From Macrostomum lignano (Eukaryota): a stretch of DNA of 64,000 nucleotides. The notes beneath the pieces are model-generated. The model saw only the letters and a program-made list of their open reading frames with translations. It ran no database searches and was not told the origin of the DNA. The position numbers were made by a program, and so were the translations under genes. Below, piece after piece: positions 22,703 to 35,638 of this stretch. The stretch lies in contig NIVC01000474.1 of assembly GCA_002269645.1 (NCBI GenBank), positions 33,006-97,005 of the forward strand, given 5' to 3'. How positions within the stretch are numbered: the first letter of the stretch is position 1; each line of letters opens with the position of its first letter.

Positions 22703-23782
22703 GGGTGGTCTAACTGACAAGTTTAAATCTGAACGACTCTGAACTTTATTCGAGTCAAAATTCAGCGGTCAGAGCAAGGATTTCAACTAAGAAAAACAAA
22801 TCATATAGGATATATAGGATATATAGGTTGCACTCACAGCGTAATTAGATTTCATATTAATTTATTATTCACAATAAAACATCGTTCTCGCCGTTTTAGA
22901 AGTAAAGGTTATAGCAATTAAGCAATTGCTCGTTAAAGCATTGGAGGAACTGTAACTAATGATCAGTGATTCAACAATGAGATTTATTAACAATAATAGT
23001 TATAATTAATTAATTTAATCATTTTAAAGCTACTAAAAATCGCAACAGCTTCAGAAAAAACACACAACGATTTCTAATAGATAAATAGAGATTTGTAAAA
23101 TAACTTTATATTAAAAACAGCGCACACTACTTGTAGTAGGCAGAACACGCGCATAAAAAAGAAAAATCATAAAATTTAATTTTTGCTGGTTTGGGAATTA
23201 AAAAAGCTGATTAAAAAAAACTGGATTAGCAGGTGCGAGCCTTTCAATCGAAGGAATTTTGCCAAGAAGTCGGGAGTTCTTGTTCAATAACAATTTAATT
23301 ATACACAGAAAAAACTGTTTGTATAAAATTTGATTTCAGAAGAGCATACAGCAAATTTGTTGTTGCTGCCAGCAATGTTCATAGTGCGGATTGAATATCA
23401 GAACTCTCTACAGCCAAAAATTAGAGCAAGCAGATGAAATAAACTGCCACCTTCACGCAGGTCTGGCTACGGTTGATCAACGTTCGACGATCAAAACTTG
23501 GCCATAGAGAAGCGAGATTCGAACCCGGGCCGGCCAAGGGTCCCGACCAGCAGCAGCCGCCCAAACCTCTTGTCAGAATTTCATCTCCGAGGCTCGGTGG
23601 CCAAAAGCCATGGCGCCACCGGCTGGGCGGCTTCAACGTCGGAGGAGACAAAAAACGAAAAAAAAACATTTTGACGCAAACCAACAGGGTTGCGGCCGCG
23701 GGTTCTCGTCGCATCTGGCCGAGATTCGAACTTCGAACTTCTTATTAATCTATTCTAAAATCTTGTAATGATCTATTTTAGT

Positions 23783-24220
23783 ACAACCCGTAACTAGAGT
23801 AATTATAGCCGTTGCTAAGGGAAGCTATCGCCTCGACGCATTCCGTAACTAAGGTAATTATATTGGTTGCTAAGGGAAGCTATCGCCTTGAGGCAACCCG
23901 TAACTAAGGTAATTATATTGGTTGCTAAGGGAAGCTGTCGCCTCGGGGCAACCCGTAACTAAGGTACCAGTAATTGTATTGGTTGCTAAGGGAAGCTATC
24001 GCCTCGGGGCAACCCGTAACTAAGGTAATTATATTGGTTGCTAAGGGAAGCTGTCGCCTCGGGGCAACCCGTAACTAAGGTAATTGTATTGGTTGCTAAG
24101 GGAAGCTATCGCCTCGGGGCAACCCGTAACTAAGGTAATTATATTGGTTGCTAAGGGAAGCTATCGCCTTGAGGCAACCCGTAACTAAGGTAATTATATT
24201 GGTTGCTAAGGGAAGCTATC
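23783..24220. repeat. 55 bp minisatellite, about 8 copies, downstream of the Argonaute stop codon
   Basis: Unit CCCGTAACTAAGGTAATTATATTGGTTGCTAAGGGAAGCTATCGCCTCGGGGCAA. Confidence 0.95.
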
Positions 24221-24571
24221 AACATAGACGGTTAAAAAAATCACACGCAACTAAGCTAAACAAACGCGGTTGCTAAGGAGAAAAGTACATAAAGAAGGGA
24301 TAAAAGACGCGCTGTCGCCATTGCAATAACAATAACACTACCACACACAACAGTTAAAAAAATTGACGCATTTTTATTGTAATCAAAAGTGATCAGAAAA
24401 AATGAATAGATACAAACAAATAAAAACAATGTGAATTTATACACTGACGCTGCCCAAAAGCTAAAATATGAAGACTGGGCTGGTTTAATTATTGTTGTTA
24501 ACAGTGGGCAAAAAAATCTTTAGTGAATAAATAGCAGTTGAGTTGATTTTTACAGAATCAAAAACCCTCCT

Positions 24572-27500
24572 TCAAGCGAAGTACATGACCCGCATGGTCT
24601 CGGGGTGCACGGTGACCGCACGCAGCATGGCGGTAGGGGTCCGCTCGTCCGAGTTGCCGCTCTTCTGCGAGCCTTCGCCCGAGTCGACCTCCTTCTCAAC
24701 CAGGTGGTAGCGAGCCCGGAAGGCCACCAGGTGAGCATAGTAGGCTGGAGCCGGGATGCTCACGGAGCGGGTGCAGCGGACATAGGTATGACACAGCTGG
24801 TAGGTCAGCACCTGCAGCTCATCGGCTGAGAACTTGTTGTCGTCCCACAATACGTGATAGTGCGATGGCCGGCTGGTGCCCTGCAGGTTCGGGTTGGGGA
24901 TTCGTTTTAGTAGTTACATCCGCTGTTAAGTGACGTAACTATGGTAATTAGACAATGCAGCTTGATACGTTGCCGACATAAAGATTAATAAATTGAGATG
25001 TAACTAAGATAAACAAAAGTCGTTTCTAAGATGGAAAACACAGATTTTAACAGTCGTAACTAAGGTAAACAAAATACTTTGGTAAGATAGAAAACACCAA
25101 CTAAGGTAAACAAAATTCGTTGCTGAGATAGAAGACAGATTTAAACAGTCGTAACTAAGGTAAACAAAGGCCGTTGCTAAGATGAGGAAGACACATTTAA
25201 ACAGCCGTAACTAAGGTAAACAAAATTCGTTGCTGAGATAGAAGACAGATTTAAACAGTCGTAACTAAGGTAAACAAAGGCCGTTGCTAAGATGAGGAAG
25301 ACACATTTAAACAGCCGTAACTAAGGTAAACAAAATTCGTTGCTGAGATAGAAGACAGATTTAAACAGTCGTAACTAAGGTAAACAAAGGCCGTTGCTAA
25401 GATGACGAAGACACATGTAAAAAACGCAACTAAGGTAAACAAAATTCATTGCTAAGATGAGGAAGACAGATTTAAGCAGCCGTAACTATGGTAAACAAAG
25501 TTCGTTGTTAAGATAGAAGACGATTTAAACAGTCGTAACTAAGGTAAACAAAAGCCGTTGCTAAGATGAGGAAGACACATTTTAAAAACGTAACTAAGGT
25601 AAACAAAATTCATTGCTAAGATGAGAAAGACAGGTTTTAACAGCCGTAACTAAGGCAAACAAAAGCCGTTGCTAAGCACAGCAACAGAAGACTTGCCTGA
25701 ATGCCAGCGTGGCTGCACAGATAGAAGTCGAACTCGGTGGGATGAGTAATCGTCTGATCAACGGTGGTGCCAGCCGGGATGTTGCCGCTGCGGCCAGTCT
25801 TGTCCTTGGCGTCGGCGCAGAACAGGCGAGTGTGATGGCGCTTCTGCACGGCGATGAAGGTTATGCCGGGCTGGTAGCCCAGCTCCAGCCTGGTGCAGGC
25901 CTCGCGCAGTGCCCGAAGCTCATGGGACTGAACAGCTTGGAACTGGCCTTCGCTAACGCCGTCTCGATAGTACACAATCCTAGTAGGCTTGAACCGGGTG
26001 CTGCGATAAAAGTGCAACAGCAATTCCCGGACCATGGTGCACAGTTCGGTGATCTTCTCTTCGCGATGGCCTTGAACTCGAACGCTGGCGGCATAACGGC
26101 TGGGATGGGCGTCCATGCTGGCAACCACGGCTGCGATGGAGGGCTTGGTTCGGTCTCCGGCTGGCGGATGCGTCACGTCGCCGCCAAGGAAGATGACCGG
26201 CTCACGAAACACTGGCGGACGAACGCCCGGCACCAGGATGGAGTTGATGCCGCCGAGCTTGACGTTGATCTTCAGGCAGAGGTTGCTCAGCGTCTGCGGC
26301 GATGTTTTATTAACGTTGCGAGCCTGCACGCACTGGGTGGCCAGGCCGAACATGATGTCCCCCACTCGCTTCACCTCGGCGTACACCTGCGAGGAGGGGC
26401 GAGGAGGGTGATAATGTTAATTGGGCAGACATTTAGGGAATAAATTCAGTCAGTCAGTCAGTCAGTCAGTCAGTCAGTCAGTCAGTCAGTCAGTCAGTCA
26501 GTCAGTCAGTCAGTCAATCAGTCAGCGGTCTCTGGAGCCGCAGCATTATGTAGCCATAGCTACTTTAATTTGGGACACGTGTACAAAAAGTGGCTTGAAG
26601 ATAAGAGTAAATAACACAAACAAAATAATTGCTTAATAAGCCACTAACCGGAGTCTTGCCGGGCAGCACCACCACAATGAGCTGCAGTCCGTGAAACATA
26701 TTCTTCAGATAGCGGAACATCGGCTCCACCTGGTCCTGGCCGTTGGCGTACTTGCAGAAGCAGGGCTGACCGGTGATGGCCATGCCGGCATCCTGGCTGA
26801 TCCGCTGCAGCTGCTGGGTGAACTGCCTCAGCGAGTCCTCGCGCACCGTGCGCTGGGCGGCGAAACAGGCGATGGCCCAGACTTTGATCTCGATGCCGGC
26901 AAAGAACTGCTTGCCGCGCATGTCCCAAACCCCCTGCTGGGGCAGCGCCTGGGCCCGGGTGCGGCCGCCGTATTGGATCTTTGGTGCCGGTAGGACCCGG
27001 CCACCGATGTCGGCCATGCGGGTCTGGACCTGGACAAATGTGCACAGATATTTTGTGAAACTATTTATACAATCATACTCACGCAATCCTCCCCTGATTT
27101 TCACCGGCCATGCGACTTACTTATGAAAGAAAACTAAGAAAAAATTAACGTATTTTTAAGTAAACGGCTGGAGTAACTATAGCACACAGCCCCCTGCCTC
27201 TATCTAAAAAAGGATCAGAGTGGAGTACATAGGGCCCAACAGCGGGCCCTCTTAAATCCCAAAGCAATGACCCTCCAAAGTAACTAAAATCTTAGCTCAT
27301 ATTCATGCAAATTTCTAGAAAAAGAAACTTACCTGTATGCCAAACGTTTGCAGATGATTATCGTGACTAAAGTTGGCCTTCCTAACCAAATTATTGATCT
27401 CGCGTTCTCGGTCCGGAGCCGACCTAGCCGTAGCTTTAATCATCGTTGAAGTCTGCGAATCCGTCAGCTTCTTGATGCAGCGCTGCCCGCTGACAATGTT

Positions 27501-29858
27501 GCACACCTCCAATGGCAGGTAGGTGTGCTTGTTCTCTTGGCCAACCTGTATGAGTGTAGTGCATGATGTTTTGAGCCAATTAATACCTTATAGACTTTGT
27601 AGATTTTAATTTATCCTTTCAATGGAACCCGAGCTACAAAAGAGTGCCAGCTACAAAGGGGAGCTAGCTGCAGAAGGGTAAGGCGCCAGCTGCAGAAGGG
27701 TAAGGCGCCAGCTGCAGAAGGGTAAGGCGCCAGCTGCAGAAGGGTAAGGCGCCAGCTGCAGAAGGGTAAGGCGCCAGCTGCAGAAGGGCAAGGCGTCAGC
27801 TACAGAAGGGCAAGGCGCCAGCTGCAGAAGGGCAAGGCGCCAGCTACAAAGGGGAGCTAGCTGCAGAAGGGCAAGGCGCCAGCTACAGAAGGGCAAGGCG
27901 CCAGCTGCAGAAGGGCAAGGCGCCAGCTACAAAGGGGAGCTAGCTGCAGAAGGGCAAGGCGCCAGCTGCGGAAGGGCAAGGCGCCAGCTGCGGAAGGGCA
28001 AGGCGCCAGCTGCAGAAGGGCAAGGCGCCAGCTGCGGAAGGGTAAGGCGCCAGCTGCAGAACGGCAAGGCGCCAGCTGCAGAAGGGCAAGGCGCCAGCTG
28101 CGGAAGGGTAAGGCGCCAGCTGCAGAAGGGCAAAGCGCCAGCTGCGGAAGGGTAAGGCGCCAGCTACAGAAGGGCAAGGCGCCAGCTGCAGAAGGGCAAG
28201 GCGCCAGCTGCGGAAGGGTAAGGCACCAGCTACAGAAGGGCAAGGCGCCAGCTACAGAAGGGTAAGGCGCCAGCTACAGAAGGCCAAGGCGCCAGCTGCA
28301 GAAGGCCAAGGCGCCACGCCAGCTACAGAAGGGCAAGGCGCCAGCTACAGAAGGGCAAGGCGCCAGCTACAGAAGGGCAAGGCGCCAGCTACAGAAGTGC
28401 AAGGGGCAATTCTCGTGCTCTATCTGCTCATATCAATCCAGTGAATTTCAGCTCACCTGCAGACAGGGCAGCATCGGATAGCGCAGTCGCATGCGGTACC
28501 TCTCGGCAAAGTACTTGGCAACAGTGCAATCAACAGTTTGGCCATTCTCCATCTGCAATGGAAAGCTCTGCGCGCTAGCCGACCTGCGCGTCACATTGCA
28601 GACCCGGTACTTGCGCCGCATCTGGCCGCAGTGAGTGATCTCCACCTTCAGACCTTTAATCTCTTTGGTGAACTTCACCCGATTGCAGTCGCTCAAAGGT
28701 CGCCTATCAAACTCTTCTAGATCTGGCAGTTCGAGCACGTCGCGCAGAAAATCGCAGACACTCTGCGCCTTGTAGAAGGCGGTGGCAGACACGTCGATGT
28801 TGAGCATCATCTTCCAGTGGCTGGGCCGCACGCTCTGGTGGAAGCCGAACCAAACTTCGCGACCGTTGCCCAGCGGGTGGTCGGTGGAGTCCTGGTCGGG
28901 CTGCTGGAAGAATGACCGGCCAACTGGGGTGTACTGCAGGCTGGGCAGGTGGCGCATGATCACGTCCAATGCGTTCACAGCATCCGCCGGGATGTTCCGG
29001 CGACGGCCTTCGAGAGCCTCTTCAAGGGCGAACAGCGAGACCTCGCCGAGATACTTCAGCGACACGCGGAACACCCGGTCCTTGCTGCTGCCCTCGCCCG
29101 GCAGGGTCACCTCCAGTTCCAGACGATCCGTGCCAAACGGCAGCGGGTCCCGGGTGTACAGATTCTTGCGACCGTCGAACACGGGGCGCTGGTTGAAGAA
29201 CACAGTCTGATGGTGCATGGAGTTCACCATTGTGTTGATGATCTCGCGGTTCACTCGTCGGGGGCATTTGTCCGGCGTAATGTTCACGTCGTAGTGATGC
29301 AGGAAGCCTTTCGGCAAGCGAATTTCGAAGTGGTTGGCCCGCAGGCTGATGTGCCGACCCTCCTGACCGCGGCCCGGACGCGCCGGCGGCTGGAAAATGA
29401 TCGACGGTGGGGACGGCTCGCCGGAGTCGCTGCCGCCGCCATAGCCGGAGCCGGCGCCCGAGGAGCCGGAGTTGCCCGCGCCAGGCGGCGTCGGAGGCGG
29501 CGCGTTGAAGTTTTGCAGTTGATTTGTTGATACTATGATAATGAGGGTTTTTTCACAGGTGATGAGTCAGAGCTCGTAAGTGAGACAAAGGCACACTTAC
29601 ATAGCAAGGACTACATATAAGGAAAGATCTACTTAAAATAATGGTCGTTTGCAGCCAATGTGAACCTATTTATTGTAAATTATTTGAAAAATCTCTAACT
29701 ATTAGTATTACACATATCCCTATCGGAAAAATTAGGCCTAACTATTGCATCGAAACAAAGAGAAGTAAGATTAAGAACAAGAAGTAACAGCCTAATTAGG
29801 TACAAAAGTTAGAGAAGTAGCAAGACGACTTACAAAATCCACTGCCTGTAAGCGACAT
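24572..29858 (-). CDS. AGO: Argonaute (AGO clade, AGO2-like), 897 aa; exons 29858-29834, 29532-28457, 27545-27333, 27029-26649, 26386-25697, 24880-24572
   Basis: Exons sum to 2694 nt (898 codons) with compatible phases. Joins PCLQ|VGQE, FGIQ|VQTR, GKTP|[10 protein letters not shown] and HAGIQ|GTSRP match AGO2 as recalled. N, PAZ, MID and PIWI regions present; tetrad D (GGDVTH), E (HREE), D (RDGVSEGQF), H (YYAHL). The first exon (MSLTGSGF) is inferred from ATG plus a GTAAGT donor in the right phase. Confidence 0.97.
25050..25680. repeat. 54/56 bp alternating minisatellite (110 bp dimer) in the last Argonaute intron
   Basis: GTAACTAAGG at 25151, 25207, 25261, 25317, 25371. Confidence 0.93.
26449..26524. 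repeat. (CAGT)n microsatellite in an Argonaute intron
   Basis: Directly visible. Confidence 0.97.
27640..28405. repeat. 22 bp minisatellite GCGCCAGCTGCAGAAGGG(C/T)AAG in Argonaute intron 28456-27546
   Basis: Directly visible; source of ORFs 27651..28243. Confidence 0.96.
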
Positions 29859-32800
29859 AGCAAAATCAGCTGCATTGTGGTACATAAAGTTTGGGCTTTG
29901 TGGCGGGAAATATTCATTAGTTCCGACTACAGCCATTGCTAACTAAATTCCGCTGCCGGAGTTTGATAAAAAGCTGAAAATTGAGAAATAAAAAAGCCAG
30001 GAAAAACAAAATTTAAAAGCAGCACAAAAAGCTTAAAATTAAAAAATTAACAATTATTGTGTTCGCCTCTTAAAAATACTACAAAAATCAAATACTTTAA
30101 CCTTTCAGGCAAGGAAGTTGACAATATACATAAAAAGTATAGTATACTTTGTTTAAACTATCACTTCTAAGAATATTGGCAAAATACAAACAAGATTAAG
30201 CGTGCGATTTATAATTTAAAATTTAGATCCGCTTTTACCTAGGCCTATTAAAATTTGGCCTTTTTATTTTTCTGACACCAAAACGGAACCATTTCACGAT
30301 GTTTAACTTTTTGTCTCCTAAATTTAAATGTTTTGACCTTAGTATTTTTACAGGATTTATTAAGTAGATGTCTATGTTTCGTGATTCTAAGATCCATGAT
30401 TCAAAACTTAATTTTTTGGTTTAGTGTTTCTGTGTGTGAGGCTATATATATATTGGCAGTGTTGGGCACCAGTTCGTTAATTAGCGTTAATCCGTTAATA
30501 AACGTTAAGATTTTCATTAACAACAATGGACTGCCATTATTCCATTAAGATTTTTTAAAATAACGGATTAACGAATTTGCATTCAAAATTTTGTGAGTTA
30601 ACAACAAATTCACTGTTAATGTTAATGGCAATGTCGATGACCAACGATGGCAAAGATGCAAATAAAGAACAAAATATAAGTCTGAAGAGAAGTTACAACA
30701 TTACACAAATGTATTTGAATTTACCTAAATGCCGAATTAATATTTTTGTTTATGATAATGATCATGCAAATGTAACTACTTCTTACTAGGCCTAATGAAC
30801 TTTAATAATGAATAAAAATGGTAAATTTTATTGCTTGTGCGTGAGCATCGATTGCTTTGATTAACTTCTTTGTTGCACCTGCTAATGCTACTGAAACAAC
30901 CTATTCATATTTTATTAATAAATAATTAGATTCCAAGTTTCAAATATATAAGTTAATTCTTGTACCTTATGCTTTTAGTAATAATTTACCTACATTTTTT
31001 TCAATTATTATTTATTGCTTTTTTAGCTTGTAAATTGCTTAGATGACCTTTGTGTTTCACTAAAAAGATGGAAAAGCAAAGACAATGCATTATAATTATA
31101 TAATCTGTTTTGAAAAAATGTAAGATTTCTATATTTTCTATGTTAACCTTAACAGATTAATGCTTATTAATGATTATCAGTTAACTTTCACCTAACTTAA
31201 CAAAATTAATAGGTAATAAGTTAAGATTTTTGTTTTAATGCTAACAATTTTGCCATTAATGGAAGTTAAGATTTTTAGGTTGTAAGTTATACAAGGCCAT
31301 GTTCTTTTCTATTTATTTTATTAGGCCTTAGTTGTTAAAATTGTTACTTGCAATAGTACAATCATTAATTTGTTAAGAAGGGGGGAGGGTAGATCTCAGA
31401 AGGTAAAAACCTAAGAAGAGGAAGGGGTTAAACAAGGTGGCTCTATATATTGGTGAATATTTGCTTGGTCTCTCTTTTGATTTTTTTCTAATCTCTGCCT
31501 AAGGGGCATAGCTGTCCCACCCCCTCCAGGTAACAGTTGACTTTGATAACAAAGTGGTATTTAAATTGTATATAGAATATTGGTATTTTAATCAATCTAT
31601 TTTTAATTAAAAATTTTATAGGTATTTTAAATTGAATCTATATTAATTTCTAGATAATGGCAATCTTTTACTTTTGTGCATTATCTTCTTTAAATTTGTT
31701 GTTTCTGTTTAGTTTAATGATAATATTATAATAGATTCAATAGAAAGATTGAGTTTCAACAGATCAATTGTCAATTGTCAATGAAAAAAAATAGATATAT
31801 GTAATTTTCTATATTAAATAATTATTTCTTACTTAAATTTGCACTTTTTTCAACCGCAATGCAATACAATTCAAAGACTAGATATCCACTTTGCACTGAC
31901 AACAATAATTATAATCAATGATCCTTAATAGGCAACTAATAGACATGTATAACCTTGGGAATCACTCAGCTGTTTCTTCTACATTAGAAATATACGCATG
32001 TAAGTTGCTAGTGGCTAAAAGCAGTCACATGACTATTATTTAATCCAATAGCAACTTTTATGTGTTGCCAATAAAAATGGTTAGGTGAATCCCTAGGTTG
32101 CACCCAAGCATGCCAACTAAACTGTGGGATCTAGAAATTGCATATCTAAAGCAAGTAATAATTTTTTGAGGCTCACCTTTGGCAAATTTATATGGCAAGG
32201 TGTTTTCTAAAGATCCAATTTGGAAACATCCTATATTGGATACAATGTTACTATCAATGCTAAAGACACTTTTTGAACTTTATAACATTTAATAATCCAC
32301 AATACTGCTCTACAATATATTAATATCACTATAATAATTTTACAAAAAATAATTTGATATAAGAAACTGCATTTATATCAACCTAGTCCTATAGTCAAGT
32401 TAAAAATTAATAATATACAATGGTTGTAGGTGCAAGTGGAGGCCAACCATGGTTTTGTTAGTACACTAAGATAATTAACTTGCATGATATTTTGAGTTAT
32501 AAGTCTACTGAATTTGCCTCACACTGATTAACAACTAAGTCTACCCACCCAACTGATAGACTTTTTGCCAGAAACAAATCTTTCAAGCTAAATCAAGCAT
32601 AAATCAAGCATAGGTAAAGGTCATTTTGGTAACAATTTGTTTCAGTGACAAATAGTTTTTTGGTGACATATGTTGCTTTTGTGACAAACACTTTGCCTTT
32701 GGTAAAAAAGGGTTAATGGTCATTTTATATTGAAGCCTATGTTGAATGAATAGTGGTATTCAGTTAATGTAGGAAGCAATATAATTAATTAAACAATAAA

Positions 32801-32904
32801 TAAATATTTCTTTTGGATATGCATATTAGCTATGTATAATGCTTTGATAGAATTTTATAATACCCAATTTGTCCCTGACTTTCATCAATGAAAATTGAGT
32901 TTTT

Positions 32905-34309
32905 ATGCCTTCACAAAAATTGCAAACACTCCAGGCTGCTCCAGCTACAGATTCCAATGCCACAGGCATTGAGGCCGAGTTCCAGCTGTACCTCAACCAA
33001 TTAGCTGCCGACTTGGCCACAGTAGAATCAGTAAAAGCTACAGCCGCTGAGCTGACCAAATTGGCTCAGTTGCCGCTTCAAGCTTTGCGCTGCATTCACC
33101 GCAGCTGCGATTCCAATTCGATTAGTAAGGCTATTGATGAAGCTCGAGCTGCTTTGCAGCCAAGCATTGATTTGTTAGCTAAACTGGGCCAGCAGATGCC
33201 AGCAGGAACCTATTACAAATATCACCAGCTGTGGAGGGAGCCGGTTCAGCAGCTCTGCATGGCTGTTACTTTTATTAGCTTCTTGGAATCCGATCGGCTG
33301 CTGAGTCTGGAGGATGCGGCGAGCCAGCTGGGCATGGCTGGAGATAGTGATGGTGGTAAGGAAGAAGCCAGCTATAATTGCGCATTTTTTGATTATTATA
33401 TATTCCTTTCTATTATAGCTTTTAAGTTTTTATATATCGATTTTGACGCAAGCTTTGCTGTTTAGCAACTTGTTTTAAGACCAGCTTAGTGGCTTTGCAG
33501 TTAGTTTAGACACAAGCTTAGTGGCTTAGCAGTTAGTTTAGACACAAGCTTAGTGGCTTAGCAGTTAGTTTAGACACAAGCTTAGTGGCTTAGCAGTTAG
33601 TTTAGACACAAGCTTAGTGGCTTAGCAGTTGTTTTATACACAAGCTTAGTGGCTTAGCAGTTAGTTTAGACACAAGCTTAGTGGCTTAGCAGTTAGTTTA
33701 GACACAAGCTTAGTGGCTTAGCAGTTAGTTTAGACACAAGCTTAGTGGCTTAGCAGTTAGTTTAGACACAAGCTTAGTGGCTTAGCAGTTGGGTTTACCA
33801 GCCTAGTAGCTTTACCATTCCCCTGACCCCTGAGCGCGAACATGGATGTACATAGATCGCAGGCACACGCTCACACAGGGTGTACAGCAGCCCCGACTTT
33901 CTAATCGTCAGACCTGTACACTCTGCGCATTGGGGGTTGACCCTCATGGGCCCAGTAGGCTACAGCTACAATAGTGAAACGCCATTCACATCCAACTGCT
34001 TAACCTGGTCTGGTCTCCCTTCACACGACCGCAGGCGGCGGGTCCACTCTCCACCTGGACCTGGAAGACTACCTGTTCGGCCTGCTGCTCCTCGCCAGCG
34101 AACTGGCCAGACTGAGCGTCAACGCTGTGACGGCTGGCAGGCCCGACCTGCCTCGTCGAGTTGCCGACTTCTCCCGCCATCTGGAGGCCGGCTTCCGGCT
34201 GCTCAACTTTAAGAATGACGCTTTACGCCGGCGCTACGACGGGCTCAAATACGATATGCGCAAGATTGAGGAGGTGCTGTACGATGTGACCGTTAGGAAG
34301 CTGGAGTAG
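32905..34309 (+). CDS. TSN: Translin (C3PO non-catalytic subunit), 241 aa; exons 32905-33355 and 34035-34309
   Basis: Phase-1 GT-AG join (726 nt). YYKYHQLWR, HLDLEDYLFGLLLLASELARLSVNAVTAG and GFRLLNFKNDALRRRYDGLKYDMRKIEEVLYD match translin rather than TRAX as recalled. Confidence 0.94.
33483..33792. repeat. 32 bp minisatellite AGCTTAGTGGCTTAGCAGTTAGTTTAGACACA in the translin intron
   Basis: Recurs at 33483, 33515, 33547 and onward. Confidence 0.95.
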
Positions 34310-34461
34310 CTTCTTTATGAGGAGGTCGACTTGTCCATTTATTTTGCTTTTCCAATTTTATCTTCGATGCAGCTATATAAAGTTAAAATATGCTCTTTTT
34401 TATTAACTAAACTGTAATTAAATAGTTACTTTTGTTAATCCTAGCGGTTGTATGCCGACTA

Positions 34462-35060
34462 GTTGAGTCCCGATTGGTCGAATCTCGGTCGAATCTCTAT
34501 TAGCCGAGTCCCGACTGGCCGAATCCCTATTAGCCGAGTCCCGACTGGCCGAATCCCGATTAGCCGAGTCCCGACTGGCCGAATCCCGATTAGCCGAGTC
34601 CCGACTGGCCGAATCCCGATTAGCCAAGTCCCGACTGGCCGAATCCCGATTAGCCAAGTCCCGACTGGCCGAATCCCGATTAGCCAAGTCCCGACTGGCC
34701 GAATCCCGATTAGCCAAGTCCCGACTGGCCGAATCCCGATTAGCCAAGTCCCGACTGGCCGAATCCCGATTAGCCGAGTCTCGACTGGCCGAATCCCGAT
34801 TAGCCAAGTCCCGACTGGCCGAATCCCGATTAGCCAAGTCCCGACTGGCCGAATCCCGATTAGCCAAGTCCCGACTGGCCGAATCCCGATTAGCCAAGTC
34901 CCGACTGGCCGAATCCCGATTAGCCAAGTCCCGACTGGCCGAATCCCGATTAGCCAAGTCCCGACTGGCCGAATCCCGATTAGCCAAGTCCCGACTGGCC
35001 GAATCCCGATTAGCCGAGTCCCGACTGGCCGAATCCCGATTGGCGGAATCCCTATTGGCC
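34462..35060. repeat. 30 bp minisatellite GAATCCCGATTAGCCAAGTCCCGACTGGCC (two related 15-mers), about 19 copies
   Basis: Directly visible between the translin stop and the Lon start. Confidence 0.97.
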
Positions 35061-35638
35061 CATTTCAAGAATAGGCCAATAGGCCAAAAATGCCGATTGG
35101 CCGAGTCGCCGATTCTTTACTTGTAGAATCCCCTGTTTGCCTATACCCGATACCTAGTTATTTCCATAGACATTTAAACAATAAAAACCGAATGTAGCTT
35201 TTTGCAGTCCGTTTTGGCAAACAAACTCATAGAATTCCTTTTTAACCTAAGTTATGTTTGTCAAAGTAATGGAGCTTTTGTCTATGGTAGCAAGGCTGTC
35301 ACAGCAGCACTTACTTTGGTCCATAGCAGCTCTATGAAGCCCAATCATGAGGATTTTAGCAAAATCCTTTTGGTTTGACATGGAAGGTACATTTGGGTTA
35401 ATCAGCTTGCAAAAATATTTTTATATTTCATCATGCCAGTTGCCAATACACATATAGGTGTATTAATTTTAGTTTTTTTAAATTAAATGCAAGAAACAAC
35501 AGTTTAATATCTTTTTTTGTCAAAAAAACAATGCATTTTACACTTTTCTCCATTTCATCTTTTAAGGCTGCAAAAGTGTCATCTTCAAATAATTCATAAA
35601 ACAATTGTATATTTTCTGTCATAGCTAAATCAATATTT

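Noticed and set aside
23500-23740. Two B-box-like GTTCGAATC motifs on the minus strand as tRNA genes
   Set aside because: No matching A-box or acceptor and anticodon stems found.
33483-33792. Telomeric or interstitial telomere repeat
   Set aside because: TTAG-rich, but a 32-bp unit with no TTAGGG runs.
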